The notes: a model not told the origin generated them from the sequence alone. Shown: positions 8,662 through 17,896, counted from the stretch's first letter. The stretch: 64,000 bases of DNA from Eubacteriales bacterium (GCA_045124015.1 JBGVLA010000192.1:13412-77411), one strand, 5' to 3'. Numbers and translations: made by a program.

Positions 8662-10128
8662 ATGCAATATTTCAGCACAAGAAACAAAAACATCACAAAA
8701 AAACCGTCCGAAGCCATCTTGCAAGGCATTGCCGATGACGGCGGATTATATATGCCCGAAAGCTTTGAGGGTGCAAAATTTCCGATGGAAGCCCTCACGA
8801 AGATGACCCCCAAGGAAATTTCCGAAGCCGTTTTGTCTCTCCTTTTCGGACATGACGATATGTTCCGCGAGGAAGGCTCTCTCAAAAAAGCCGTTGCACT
8901 TGCGTATGACGGCAAATTCGACGGCGAGGATTACGCGCCCCTTTCCAAGGTAGGAAACGCGCACGTCATGGAGCTTTATCATGGACCGACCTGCGCGTTC
9001 AAGGACGTTGCGCTCCAGCTTCTCCCAAGACTCCTTGCAGAAGCGAAAAAAGTGAACAAGGTCAAAGAAAAGATCGTCATCCTCACCGCGACGAGCGGTG
9101 ATACGGGAAGCGCGGCACTCAGCGGATTTTCCGACGTGGAAGGTGTCGGCATCGTCGTATTCTATCCGAAAAACGGTATTTCTGCCGTCCAGGAACGTCA
9201 AATGACCTCCTGCAAGGGCAAAAACACCTGCGTATGTGCCATCGAAGGCAATTTTGACGATGCACAAAGCGGCGTGAAGGCGATCTTCAATACGATGGAA
9301 GTACCCGAAAACGTTCTCCTTTCGAGCGCAAACTCCATCAATATCGGCAGACTTGCCCCCCAAGTCGCGTATTATTTCAAGGCATACGGCGATCTTCTGA
9401 AAAATGGTGAGATCGCGTTTGGCGATAAGGTGAATTTCGTCGTTCCCACAGGCAATTTCGGCGATATCCTCGCAGGATATTTCGCAATGCAGATGGGGCT
9501 TCCCGTCGGAAAGCTCGTTTGTGCCTCCAATAAAAACAGCGTTCTGTACGATTTCTTCGTTACAGGCTGTTACGATAAGAACCGCGATTTCCACGTTACG
9601 AAATCCCCCTCGATGGATATTCTCATCTCCAGCAATCTGGAAAGATTGCTTGCGCTCGTCTGCGGCACGGAGGCTTGCGCGAAATATATGAAGGAGCTGA
9701 AGGAAACGGGCAAATACACGCTGACAGCAGAGGAGCTCGCGGCTGTCCGCAAGGTCTTTGACGCAGGCTATACCGATGATAAAGCGACCTTTGAGACCAT
9801 CAAAAAGGTCTATGACGAGCATGGTTATCTCATGGATACCCATACCGCCGTTGCGTGGAGCGTATACGAAAAAACGCTTGCAAACGACGAAAACAAGACT
9901 GTCGTGCTTTCCACCGCATCCGCGTATAAATTCGCGTCCAGCGTCATGAATGCGCTTGGCGCATCGTACGACGATGATTTTGACGCGCTCGATAAGCTCT
10001 ATGCGCTCACGGGTGCGAAGATCCCCACCGCCCTTGACGGCATCCGCGAAAAGGAGATCGTGCATAAAAATACCGTTCAAAAGGACGATATGCCTGCCTT
10101 TGTTTTGAACTATATCGGAAAGGAATGA
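8662..10128 (+). CDS. thrC: Threonine synthase
   Basis: 488 aa. Opening MQYFSTRNK...SEAILQGIADDGGLYMPE and the PLP-lysine region (FKD) are typical of long-form ThrC. Confidence 0.92.
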   Translation: MQYFSTRNKNITKKPSEAILQGIADDGGLYMPESFEGAKFPMEALTKMTPKEISEAVLSLLFGHDDMFREEGSLKKAVALAYDGKFDGEDYAPLSKVGNAHVMELYHGPTCAFKDVALQLLPRLLAEAKKVNKVKEKIVILTATSGDTGSAALSGFSDVEGVGIVVFYPKNGISAVQERQMTSCKGKNTCVCAIEGNFDDAQSGVKAIFNTMEVPENVLLSSANSINIGRLAPQVAYYFKAYGDLLKNGEIAFGDKVNFVVPTGNFGDILAGYFAMQMGLPVGKLVCASNKNSVLYDFFVTGCYDKNRDFHVTKSPSMDILISSNLERLLALVCGTEACAKYMKELKETGKYTLTAEELAAVRKVFDAGYTDDKATFETIKKVYDEHGYLMDTHTAVAWSVYEKTLANDENKTVVLSTASAYKFASSVMNALGASYDDDFDALDKLYALTGAKIPTALDGIREKEIVHKNTVQKDDMPAFVLNYIGKE

Positions 10129-10132
10129 GACT

Positions 10133-11029
10133 ATGCAAGCCGTAACCGTTCGTGTGCCTGCGACATCTGCCAACCTCGGCTCTGCGTTTGACACCGCAGG
10201 CATCGCCTTTGACCTTTATAATATTTTTTCCTTTGAAAAAGCCGAAGCCCTCTCCTTTGAGGGCTTTGACCCAAAATTTTGCAACGAAGATAACCTCGCT
10301 TATATCGCATACAAAGCCGTATGCGAAAAGATCGGCGCTCCCTGCGGCGTGAAGATCACGCAAAACGCGATCGAGGTTCCTGTTTCGCGCGGACTCGGGT
10401 CTTCTGCAACGCTGATCGTTGCGGGGGCTGTCGCAGCGAATCTGCTTCACGATAAACCGCTTTCGGATATGGATATCCTCGCCGTTTGTACGGAGATCGA
10501 GGGGCATCCCGATAACGTCGCCCCCGCGCTTTTCGGCGGACTTTGTGTGTCTCTCACGGACGACGGCGTGCCGTTTTCCGCTTGTTATACCGTTTCCGAG
10601 GATATTTGCTTCACGGCGATCTATCCGAATTTTGAGGTCGCCACGCGAGACGCGCGCGCAGTTTTGCCGAAGGAGATCGACCGCCATGACGCCATATATA
10701 ATCTTTCCCGTGCGGCACTCTTGCCCTATGCGTTTGAAAAGGGCGATTTTGCACTGCTCCGCGCCGTAACGCGAGATAAGCTCCACGAGCCTTACCGCAA
10801 ACCGCTTTTCCGAAACATTGCGGAGATCGAAGCCGCCGCATACGAATGCGGCGCGGTATCGTTTATCATCAGCGGCGCAGGCTCGACCTGTCTTTGTATT
10901 TCAAAAGAACCCATTGCCGAAAAACTGAACGAAACGATCGCACCGCTTGCAAACGAATGGAAAGCATATGCGCTCTGCGTTGACAGAAACGGTGCTGTGA
11001 TTGAGGAAGATGCGCATGAAAAAGCGTAA
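10133..11029 (+). CDS. thrB: Homoserine kinase
   Basis: 298 aa. VRVPATSANLGSAFDTAG and the GHMP motif GLGSSA are present. Lies 4 nt after thrC. Confidence 0.92.
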   Translation: MQAVTVRVPATSANLGSAFDTAGIAFDLYNIFSFEKAEALSFEGFDPKFCNEDNLAYIAYKAVCEKIGAPCGVKITQNAIEVPVSRGLGSSATLIVAGAVAANLLHDKPLSDMDILAVCTEIEGHPDNVAPALFGGLCVSLTDDGVPFSACYTVSEDICFTAIYPNFEVATRDARAVLPKEIDRHDAIYNLSRAALLPYAFEKGDFALLRAVTRDKLHEPYRKPLFRNIAEIEAAAYECGAVSFIISGAGSTCLCISKEPIAEKLNETIAPLANEWKAYALCVDRNGAVIEEDAHEKA

Positions 11030-11456
11030 ATATTTGCTTGTGGATGCCTCCGTCCTGCCCGATTACTTTGAAAAAGTCCTTGAGGCAAAGGCTCTGCTTT
11101 CCAGCGGAAAAGAAACCAATGTCAGTGAAGTCGTCAAGAACGTCGGCATTTCGCGCAGTACGTTTTATAAATACAAGGATTGCGTTTTCGCACTTGAAGG
11201 CGGCATGGAGCATCGAAAAGCCGTAATCTCCTGTATGCTTTCGCATAAAGCAGGTCTTCTCGGCGAGGTCTTGCGTCTGCTTTCGGAGCATGGCGCCAAT
11301 ATTTTGACGATCTCTCAGAATATGCCCATTCATGATATCGCACACGTTACGTTTTCCATCGAGCTTTCTCCCGTTCATCCCGATGCAGAGGATTTCATCC
11401 CCCTGCTGAGTGCCATCGACGGCGTTTCGGGTGCAAAGCTGATCTCCATCGAATAA
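11016..11456 (+). CDS. ACT domain-containing protein (UPF0735/PheB-like)
   Basis: Start at MKKRKYLLVD overlapping the thrB end. N-terminal HTH-like segment (VGISRSTFYKYK) and a C-terminal ACT fold (AVISCMLSHKAGLLGEVLRLLSEHGANILTISQ). Confidence 0.75.
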   Translation: MKKRKYLLVDASVLPDYFEKVLEAKALLSSGKETNVSEVVKNVGISRSTFYKYKDCVFALEGGMEHRKAVISCMLSHKAGLLGEVLRLLSEHGANILTISQNMPIHDIAHVTFSIELSPVHPDAEDFIPLLSAIDGVSGAKLISIE

Positions 11457-11481
11457 CGACGGCGATCTTCAAACATGATGA

Positions 11482-11517
11482 CCGCAAAGCTTTTCCTCAA
11501 AGCTTTGCGGTTTTTTG
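11482..11517 (+). terminator. Terminator of the thr operon
   Basis: Stem CCGCAAAGCTT/AAGCTTTGCGG followed by a T6 run (11511-11516). Confidence 0.85.
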
Positions 11518-11566
11518 TATAACATTTCTTTTCCTTTGTAAAATGCGGAGAGGTTTTTGCAAATCA

Positions 11567-11595
11567 TTGACAAAAGGATAAGCCTGTGCTATAAT
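11567..11595 (+). promoter_or_regulatory. Consensus sigma-A promoter
   Basis: TTGACA (11567-11572), exactly 17 nt, TATAAT (11590-11595). Confidence 0.8.
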
Positions 11596-11599
11596 CTTC

Positions 11600-11800
11600 A
11601 TAACTGAATACGATGCAAAACGGTTTTATGCCGAAAGGCATGAAAGCAAGGAGGAAAGTTCGGTGAAAATCCGACGCAACAGCCATTGCCGTCATGTAAC
11701 CCACAGAGGTTCTGAGTCGGAATGCTCCCCGTTTTGCGAGGCTTGTGGAAACACACATTTTTGGGCAAATTTGAAAAATGCGGCTTTATCTTCCAACATA
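11600..11800 (+). promoter_or_regulatory. Cobalamin (B12) riboswitch aptamer candidate
   Basis: Leader contains AAGGAGGAAAGTTCGGTGAAAATCCGACGCAACAGCCATTGCCGTCATGTAAC followed by GAGTCGGAATGCTCCCC. This resembles the conserved GGTGAAAATCC / B12-box / AGYCAGGAnAC core of RF00174-type elements. A small GNRA hairpin ATGCC-GAAA-GGCAT lies upstream. Boundaries are approximate. Confidence 0.7.
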
Positions 11801-11814
11801 ACAAGGGATAATTG

Positions 11815-11856
11815 CGCTTTTTTGATGAGCTTTCATCAAAAAGGCGTTTTTCTTTT
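11815..11856 (+). terminator. Riboswitch expression-platform terminator
   Basis: 14-bp stem CGCTTTTTTGATGA/TCATCAAAAAGGCG (11815-11828 / 11833-11846) followed by TTTTTCTTTT, about 90 nt before the first ATG of the operon. Confidence 0.75.
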
Positions 11857-11943
11857 GAAAAGAAGAGCAAGCGGGCTTCGGAAATATCCGCGCCATGCGC
11901 GATATTTATAAAAATTTTATATCATCAAAAGGAGGCTTTTTCT

Positions 11944-12717
11944 ATGAAAAAAGTTCTTACCCTATGCCTTGCGGCGATCCTGCTCGCAAGCGTCTTTTCG
12001 CTTACTGTGCTTGCACGCGATGAGGAGATACCGCACGCTTACGTTACCATCGTCGATGAAAACGGCGAGATCGTAGTTGCGATGCGAGAGGTACCCTGCG
12101 CGGGTAACAACGTTACCATTGACGACGTACTCAAAAAGGCGCACGACGAGTATTATGATGGCGGCTCTGCGGCAGGCTATGCTTCTGCAGAATCGACATA
12201 CGGTCTTTCTCTCATGAAGCTTTGGGGAAACGAAAGCGGTAGTTATGGCTATTATGTCAATAACGCTTCCCCTATGAGCCTTGCCGACGAGGTAAAGCCG
12301 GGCGACCATATCTATGCGTTCGTCTATACCGATACCGTAGCATGGACGGATACCTATTGCTTCTTTAGCGAAACCCGCATGAGCGCGGAAAAGGGCGATA
12401 TCGCAACGCTCACACTTTACATGATGGGCTTTGACGAAAACTGGAACCCCATAACGCTTCCCGTTGCGGACGCGGCCATCACCATTGACGGCGAAAAGAC
12501 CGACCTTGTAACCGACGAAAACGGTCAAGTCGCCATCACCTATGACAAGGCAGGCGAGCTTGTTATCAGCGCGACACATGATGAACTAAACCTCACACCG
12601 CCTGTTCTCGTTGCAAACGTTGAGGGCGGCGTAAGTGTGATATTTATCGTGTTCATTGTAGCAGTGATTGCCGTACTTGCCGTCGCGGTTGTCTTTGTTT
12701 TGAAGAAGAAACGCTGA
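11944..12717 (+). CDS. Surface-anchored DUF4430-like protein (signal peptide, beta domain, Ig-like domain, C-terminal TM anchor), paralog 1
   Basis: Start at ATG 11944 (MKKVLTLCLAAILLASVFSLTVLA; RBS AAAGGAGG). GSYGYYVNNASPMSLADEVKPGDHIYAFVY resembles the DUF4430 G-W-x-Y-x-V-N-G...L-x-D-G-D-x-I tail. C-terminal hydrophobic anchor followed by KKKR. Confidence 0.7.
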   Translation: MKKVLTLCLAAILLASVFSLTVLARDEEIPHAYVTIVDENGEIVVAMREVPCAGNNVTIDDVLKKAHDEYYDGGSAAGYASAESTYGLSLMKLWGNESGSYGYYVNNASPMSLADEVKPGDHIYAFVYTDTVAWTDTYCFFSETRMSAEKGDIATLTLYMMGFDENWNPITLPVADAAITIDGEKTDLVTDENGQVAITYDKAGELVISATHDELNLTPPVLVANVEGGVSVIFIVFIVAVIAVLAVAVVFVLKKKR

Positions 12718-12762
12718 CAGATTTTGATTACAGGGGTGATTGGGAATCACCACTACTACCTT

Positions 12763-12887
12763 TTTCAACTAAAACTTAAAAAAAGATACCCCAAGCCTCT
12801 CACGCTGGGAGAGGTGGCGCGCGAAGCGCGACGGAGAGGGCTTTTTCGCTATGCGTTTTTGCCCTCTCCGTCAGCTTTTAGTTGAAA
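12763..12887. repeat. Nested multi-hairpin intergenic element
   Basis: 12-bp outer inverted repeat TTTCAACTAAAA (12763-12774) / TTTTAGTTGAAA (12876-12887). It encloses hairpins CCTCTC/GAGAGG (12796-12814), CGCGC-GAA-GCGCG (12818-12830) and an 11-bp stem ACGGAGAGGGC/GCCCTCTCCGT (12831-12871). Confidence 0.6.
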
Positions 12888-12925
12888 CAAAGTACTACAA
12901 AAATAATAAAAAGGATTTTGATGAT

Positions 12926-13732
12926 ATGAAAAAAATACTTTCTTTTCTTTTATTGACCCTTATGACCGTGATGCTTTTCTCCGCAAGCGTGCTTGCAGAC
13001 GAAGAAAAGCTCGAAATGGACGTTTACGTTACGATCTCCGATGAAAACGGCAAGATCGTCCTTGCCAAAGAACCCGTTCACGTAACCGATGCCGACGGCG
13101 ATGGCGTTTTGACCGTACACGATGCCTTGTATATGGCACACGAAGCCTATTGCAAGGACGGTTATGCGACCGATGATCCTTACGGCGATCTCATGATCAC
13201 CAAACTTTGGGGCGTAGAAAACGGTGCATATGGCTGCTTCAATAATGGCGGTAAGGTCTGGCGTCTGACCGAATATTTGGCGGACGACGATCATATCCAA
13301 GCCTTTATCTATACCGACCCCGAGCATATGACCGATATGTTCAGCTACTTCAGCAAGGAGGATCTGACCTTTGCGGATGGCAAAGAAACGCTGACACTGT
13401 ACGCATATGTCATCACAGAGGACAATAACCTCCTTTCCAAGCCCGTACAAGGTGCTGTCATCACCGTAAACGGTGAAAAAACGGGCATCAAGACCGACAA
13501 AGAGGGCAAATTCACGATTTCCGCCGACGACCTTGCTTGGGGCGAGAAAAACGTCATTTCCGCATATTCCGCAAAGCAGAATATCGTCCCGCCGATCATT
13601 TCTCTTGGTACCGCGACCATTGCCCTTAAAAAGCCTGCCCCGAGCTCGATGCTGATCCTCGTCATCGTCGTTTTGATCTTGGCGGTGGGCGTATTTGCCG
13701 TTCGTCTGTTTTGGAAGAAATCTCGCAAATGA
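12926..13732 (+). CDS. Surface-anchored DUF4430-like protein, paralog 2
   Basis: Start at ATG 12926 (MKKILSFLLLTLMTVMLFSASVLA). Same architecture as 11944..12717 and alignable with it (VTIxDENGxIV, KLWGxExGxYG, DHIxAFxYTD, ITxxGEKT). C-terminal TM anchor followed by KKSRK. Confidence 0.7.
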   Translation: MKKILSFLLLTLMTVMLFSASVLADEEKLEMDVYVTISDENGKIVLAKEPVHVTDADGDGVLTVHDALYMAHEAYCKDGYATDDPYGDLMITKLWGVENGAYGCFNNGGKVWRLTEYLADDDHIQAFIYTDPEHMTDMFSYFSKEDLTFADGKETLTLYAYVITEDNNLLSKPVQGAVITVNGEKTGIKTDKEGKFTISADDLAWGEKNVISAYSAKQNIVPPIISLGTATIALKKPAPSSMLILVIVVLILAVGVFAVRLFWKKSRK

Positions 13733-15270
13733 AAAAACAAAATTGGATACGATTTTTAAGCGTACTTCTCGCGGTTTTTCTGCTCGGGAGTGCGCTTCCC
13801 GTTTGCGCCGCGAGCGTATCCGCCGATGATATCGCAAACGATATTTTGAATCTTGAAATGCAAAAGGCAGGCGTCTCCGATGCACAAGAATGGGTGAATG
13901 CTCTCGCCAAAACCGTGGGAGACGGCAGAGAATGGTTCGTTTTTGCGCTTGCCGCCACAGGGGAAACACTGGATTTTTCCGCATATGCCGAAGCACTTCA
14001 CACATATCTTGCCCAAAAGAACGTAACAAACGCCGTTACCCGTCAAAAGTATGCAATGGTCTTGCTTGCGTGCGGATACACCTCTGATTTCGTGGAGCAA
14101 ACGCGAAACGATTCTCTCGGCAAGTTGGGACTGATGAGCTATATTTTCGGGCTTCATTTAGCCAACAACGGACAAGTCCCCGACGGCGTATCCGTCGATG
14201 AGATCTTGGATTCTCTGCTTTCGCTTCGCCGCGCAGACGGCGGCTTTTCCGTAACGGGAACGACGTCTGCCGTGGATGATACCGCGATGGTATTGCAAGC
14301 GATGGCACCCTATTACGGCATCCGTGAGGACGTAACGACAGCCATCGAGGAAGCGCTCACGCTTCTTTCCGAAAAGCAAACGGAAAACGGCGGTTTTCTG
14401 TCTTACGGCACAGAAAATCCCGAAAGCATCGCGCAGGTCATGATGGCGCTTTGTGCGCTTTCGATCGACCCTCTCACAGATGCACGTTTCATCAAAAACG
14501 AAAACACCATGATGGATGCGATGCTCCGCTTCCGCGTGGACGGCGGATTTTCCCACATCCTTGGGGAAAACGCCAACACAAACGCCACGATGCAGGTCTT
14601 TTTCGCCATGAAAACGCTGAAAAAGGGTGCCTCTCCCTATCTTCTTCCGACGAACGAGTCGTTGACATACCTTGAAGCCGCGCCGAGCGCAGAAACACCC
14701 GACACGCCCGTTTCCTATAAGCTCCCCGTGATTCTCGGCATTTTGGCGGCGGCACTGATCGCTTGTATCGTGCTTTTGCTCCTCAAAAAGAAAAACGTCA
14801 AAAGCTTCCTTGCGGTCGGCGTGATCGCGGTTTTGGCAGTTCTTCTCGTGCTACTTACAAATTTCCAAAGTGCAGATGCGTATTATGGGGATACCGAAAC
14901 GAAGCAGAACGTCATCGGCGAGGTTATGCTTTCGATTCGTTGTGATGTACTTGTCGGCATGACCGATTCCGAGTACGTTCCGAAGGATGGCGTGATTTTG
15001 GAAACGATGACCCTTGAGATCGAAAAGGGTGATACCGTTTACAATATCTTGACGGAAGCCACACGAAAAAATCGCATCCATATGGAAACGAGCGGAACGG
15101 GAGAGCTTGCGTATATCGAAGGGATCGCGTATCTATATGAACTGCAATTCGGAGATCTTTCCGGTTGGGTGTATTCCGTGAATGGAGAATCTGCTTCCGT
15201 AGGCTGCGGAAGCTATGAGCTTTCCGATGGAGATGAGATCCTTTGGGAATACACGCTGGAGCTTCGCTGA
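13729..15270 (+). CDS. Transcobalamin-like two-domain membrane protein: signal peptide, alpha/alpha-toroid (prenyltransferase/squalene-cyclase-type repeats), two TM helices, C-terminal DUF4430 domain
   Basis: ATGA overlap with the upstream gene. MKKQNWIRFLSVLLAVFLLGSALPVCAASV signal. Repeats ADGGFSV, ENGGFLS and VDGGFSH. TM hairpin LPVILGILAAALIACIVLLLL-KKKNVKS-FLAVGVIAVLAVLLVLL. Tail LSGWVYSVNGESASVGCGSYELSDGDEILWEY is the DUF4430 signature. Confidence 0.75.
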   Translation: MKKQNWIRFLSVLLAVFLLGSALPVCAASVSADDIANDILNLEMQKAGVSDAQEWVNALAKTVGDGREWFVFALAATGETLDFSAYAEALHTYLAQKNVTNAVTRQKYAMVLLACGYTSDFVEQTRNDSLGKLGLMSYIFGLHLANNGQVPDGVSVDEILDSLLSLRRADGGFSVTGTTSAVDDTAMVLQAMAPYYGIREDVTTAIEEALTLLSEKQTENGGFLSYGTENPESIAQVMMALCALSIDPLTDARFIKNENTMMDAMLRFRVDGGFSHILGENANTNATMQVFFAMKTLKKGASPYLLPTNESLTYLEAAPSAETPDTPVSYKLPVILGILAAALIACIVLLLLKKKNVKSFLAVGVIAVLAVLLVLLTNFQSADAYYGDTETKQNVIGEVMLSIRCDVLVGMTDSEYVPKDGVILETMTLEIEKGDTVYNILTEATRKNRIHMETSGTGELAYIEGIAYLYELQFGDLSGWVYSVNGESASVGCGSYELSDGDEILWEYTLELR

Positions 15271-15370
15271 TATCATCCAACTTTTTTCCTTTGAAAGATA
15301 TTGCACTATACATATTGAAAACGAAAATCCCTTATCGGGTCAAGGGACTTGTCCCTTGCGATTCTTTTGG

Positions 15371-15396
15371 TTCTTTTCTGTTCGAACAGAAAAGAA
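15371..15396. other. Perfect 26-nt palindrome inside the operon
   Basis: TTCTTTTCTGTTC|GAACAGAAAAGAA, 5 nt upstream of the ecfT RBS. A second hairpin CAAGGGAC-TT-GTCCCTTG lies just upstream (about 15341-15358). No U tract follows. Confidence 0.6.
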
Positions 15397-15416
15397 TCAA
15401 GAAAGGAGAACGCCAT

Positions 15417-16295
15417 ATGAAATCCATAGAAAATCATAATCCCATCCTTACCTTTTCGTATATTCTCGCCGTAACGCTCCCTGCCATGTTCAGCATGAAT
15501 CCCGTCATGCTGATGCTGTCGCTTGCAGGTGCGCTTGCGCTTTTCTTCGTGAAAAACGGCATCAAAAATGCGCGTTCTCATCTGCTTTTTTTCGCACTTT
15601 TTCTGGTCATTGCCTTTGCAAACCCACTCTTTCAGCATAACGGCGTAACGGTACTTTTCGTGCTGAACGGCAACCCTATCACATGGGAAGCGATTTTTTA
15701 CGGCATCATGGCAGGACTTATGACCGTTTCCGTTTTGTATTGGTTTCGCTTGCTTTCACAGATGATGACGAGCGATAAATATCTCTATATCTTCGGCAGA
15801 TTTTCTGCCAAGCTTGCCCTGCTGCTTTCGATGGCGCTTCGCTACGTCCCCCTTTTCGGCAAGCGCATGAAAGCGATCCGCATGAGCCAAAAAGCCATCG
15901 GTCTTTATCGGGACGGCACGCTTATCGATAAGATTCGCGGCGAAGTCCGTATATTTTCCATCATGGTAACGTGGGCGCTGGAAAACGGTATCCATACCGC
16001 CGACAGCATGGAAGCGCGAGGTTACGGCATCGGCAAGCGTACAAGCTTTGCCATCTTCCGTTTTCATCTTTCGGATGGTATCCTGCTTTCGATGATACTT
16101 ATGCTTCTCGGCATGACGCTTGCAGGGCTTGCGACGGGCGCGGTGGATTTTGTATTTTATCCTGCCATCATCCCGCATGAAGCTTCGGTTTTCGCCGTTG
16201 TGATCTATACGGCGTATGGCATATTGGCATTACTGCCTACGATTTTAGAAATGGAGGAACGCATCAAATGGCACTGCTTACGGTCAAAAATTTGA
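15417..16295 (+). CDS. ECF transporter transmembrane (T) component, CbiQ/EcfT family
   Basis: Start at ATG 15417 (RBS AAAGGAGAA). Polytopic membrane protein with the C-terminal ALENGIHTADSMEARGYG region typical of EcfT coupling helices (A-R-G motif). Confidence 0.8.
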   Translation: MKSIENHNPILTFSYILAVTLPAMFSMNPVMLMLSLAGALALFFVKNGIKNARSHLLFFALFLVIAFANPLFQHNGVTVLFVLNGNPITWEAIFYGIMAGLMTVSVLYWFRLLSQMMTSDKYLYIFGRFSAKLALLLSMALRYVPLFGKRMKAIRMSQKAIGLYRDGTLIDKIRGEVRIFSIMVTWALENGIHTADSMEARGYGIGKRTSFAIFRFHLSDGILLSMILMLLGMTLAGLATGAVDFVFYPAIIPHEASVFAVVIYTAYGILALLPTILEMEERIKWHCLRSKI

Positions 16296-17896
16296 GCTTT
16301 ACCTATGCCGCAGAGCATGAGAAAGCCCTGCATACGATCTCGTTTGACGTGGAAAACGGAGAATTTATCGTTCTTTGCGGTGCCACGGGAAGCGGAAAAT
16401 CCACGCTTCTTCGCCTGCTCAAGCGTGAACTTGCCCCAATGGGCGAAAAAACGGGAGAGCTCTTCTTTGACGGCAAACCGCTTGACAGCCTTTCGGCAAA
16501 GGATTCGGCTTCTCTCATCGGTTACGTCATGCAGCAGCCCGAGGAACAGATCGCAACCGATAAGGTATGGCATGAGCTGGCGTTCGGGTTGGAAAATCAA
16601 AATCTGCCGCAGGGCGTGATTCGCCGCCGCGTCGCAGAAATGGCAAGCTATTTTGGAATTGAAGATTGGTTTCTTTCCGATGTTTCCGCTCTTTCGGGCG
16701 GACAAAAACAGCTTTTGAATCTCGCATCCGTCATGGTCATGCAACCGAAGCTGTTGCTTCTCGATGAACCGACCGCACAGCTCGACCCCATCACAGCGTC
16801 GGATTTTATCGCAACGCTGAAAAAGCTCAACCGCGAGCTGGGACTTACGATCATCCTCATCGAGCATCGCCTGGAGGAGGTCGTCCCTCTCTGCGACCGC
16901 TTGATGGTGATGGAAAACGGCACACTTCTTGCGATGGATGCACCGAGAAAAGCCGTTGCCATGCTCAGAGAACACCCTGCGCTGTTGGAAGGGATGCCCG
17001 TCTCGGTACGTCTTTTTCATGCACTCGGAGGCGAGGGGGATGTTCCTCTGGATATCCGTGAAGGACGTTCTTTTGTTGAGAAACACTACAAAAACGAGAT
17101 TCGTGCGCTCCCCGAAAAGGACTATGAACATTCCGAGAAAAAAGCACTCTCCTTCCGTCATGTTTATTTCCGTTACGAAAAAAACGGCGAGGATATTCTC
17201 ACCGACCTCGATTTTGACGTATATGAAAACGAGATCTTCTGTATTTTGGGCGGTAACGGCTCGGGCAAAACGACGACGCTTTCTGCCGCCTCGGGGCTTT
17301 ATACGCCATACAGCGGAGATATTCGTGTATTTGGCAAAAAGATCAAAGATTACAAAAACGGCACACTTTATAAGGAATGTCTTGCCCTGCTTCCGCAGGA
17401 TGTGCAGACCGTCTTTCTGCGGAACACCGTCAAGGAAGAGCTGGACGATGCCAATGCGGATATTTCCGCACTTCCGTATGACCTTTCCCATCTTTTGCAT
17501 CGTCATCCGTATGACATAAGCGGCGGCGAACGCCAGCTTGTCGCACTTGCCAAGGTACTCGCAGGAAAGCCAAAGCTTCTTTTGCTCGATGAACCGACGA
17601 AGGGGCTTGACGCATCCGCAAAAGCGCGTGTCATGGACATTCTGAAGGATCTGAAAGCCTCAGGCGTTACGATCGTTTCCGTAACGCACGACGTAGAATT
17701 TGCCGCAAGCCTTGCGGACAGAACAGCGCTTTTCTTCCGTGGGAGCATCATTTGTGCGGAAACACCGAGACGATTTTTTGCCGAAAACAATTTTTATACA
17801 ACGGCGGCAAGCCGTATGACGCGCGGATATTATGAAGGCGCCGTCAAACAGGAGGACGTCCTCTTGCTTTGCCGACAGAATGGGAGCAAACGATGA
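16268..17896 (+). CDS. Fused double ABC ATPase (ECF A-A' components)
   Basis: 542 aa with two Walker A sites (GATGSGKST, GGNGSGKTT), two ABC signatures (LSGGQKQ, ISGGERQ) and two Walker B sites (LLLDEPT twice). Overlaps the ecfT end. Confidence 0.9.
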   Translation: MALLTVKNLSFTYAAEHEKALHTISFDVENGEFIVLCGATGSGKSTLLRLLKRELAPMGEKTGELFFDGKPLDSLSAKDSASLIGYVMQQPEEQIATDKVWHELAFGLENQNLPQGVIRRRVAEMASYFGIEDWFLSDVSALSGGQKQLLNLASVMVMQPKLLLLDEPTAQLDPITASDFIATLKKLNRELGLTIILIEHRLEEVVPLCDRLMVMENGTLLAMDAPRKAVAMLREHPALLEGMPVSVRLFHALGGEGDVPLDIREGRSFVEKHYKNEIRALPEKDYEHSEKKALSFRHVYFRYEKNGEDILTDLDFDVYENEIFCILGGNGSGKTTTLSAASGLYTPYSGDIRVFGKKIKDYKNGTLYKECLALLPQDVQTVFLRNTVKEELDDANADISALPYDLSHLLHRHPYDISGGERQLVALAKVLAGKPKLLLLDEPTKGLDASAKARVMDILKDLKASGVTIVSVTHDVEFAASLADRTALFFRGSIICAETPRRFFAENNFYTTAASRMTRGYYEGAVKQEDVLLLCRQNGSKR

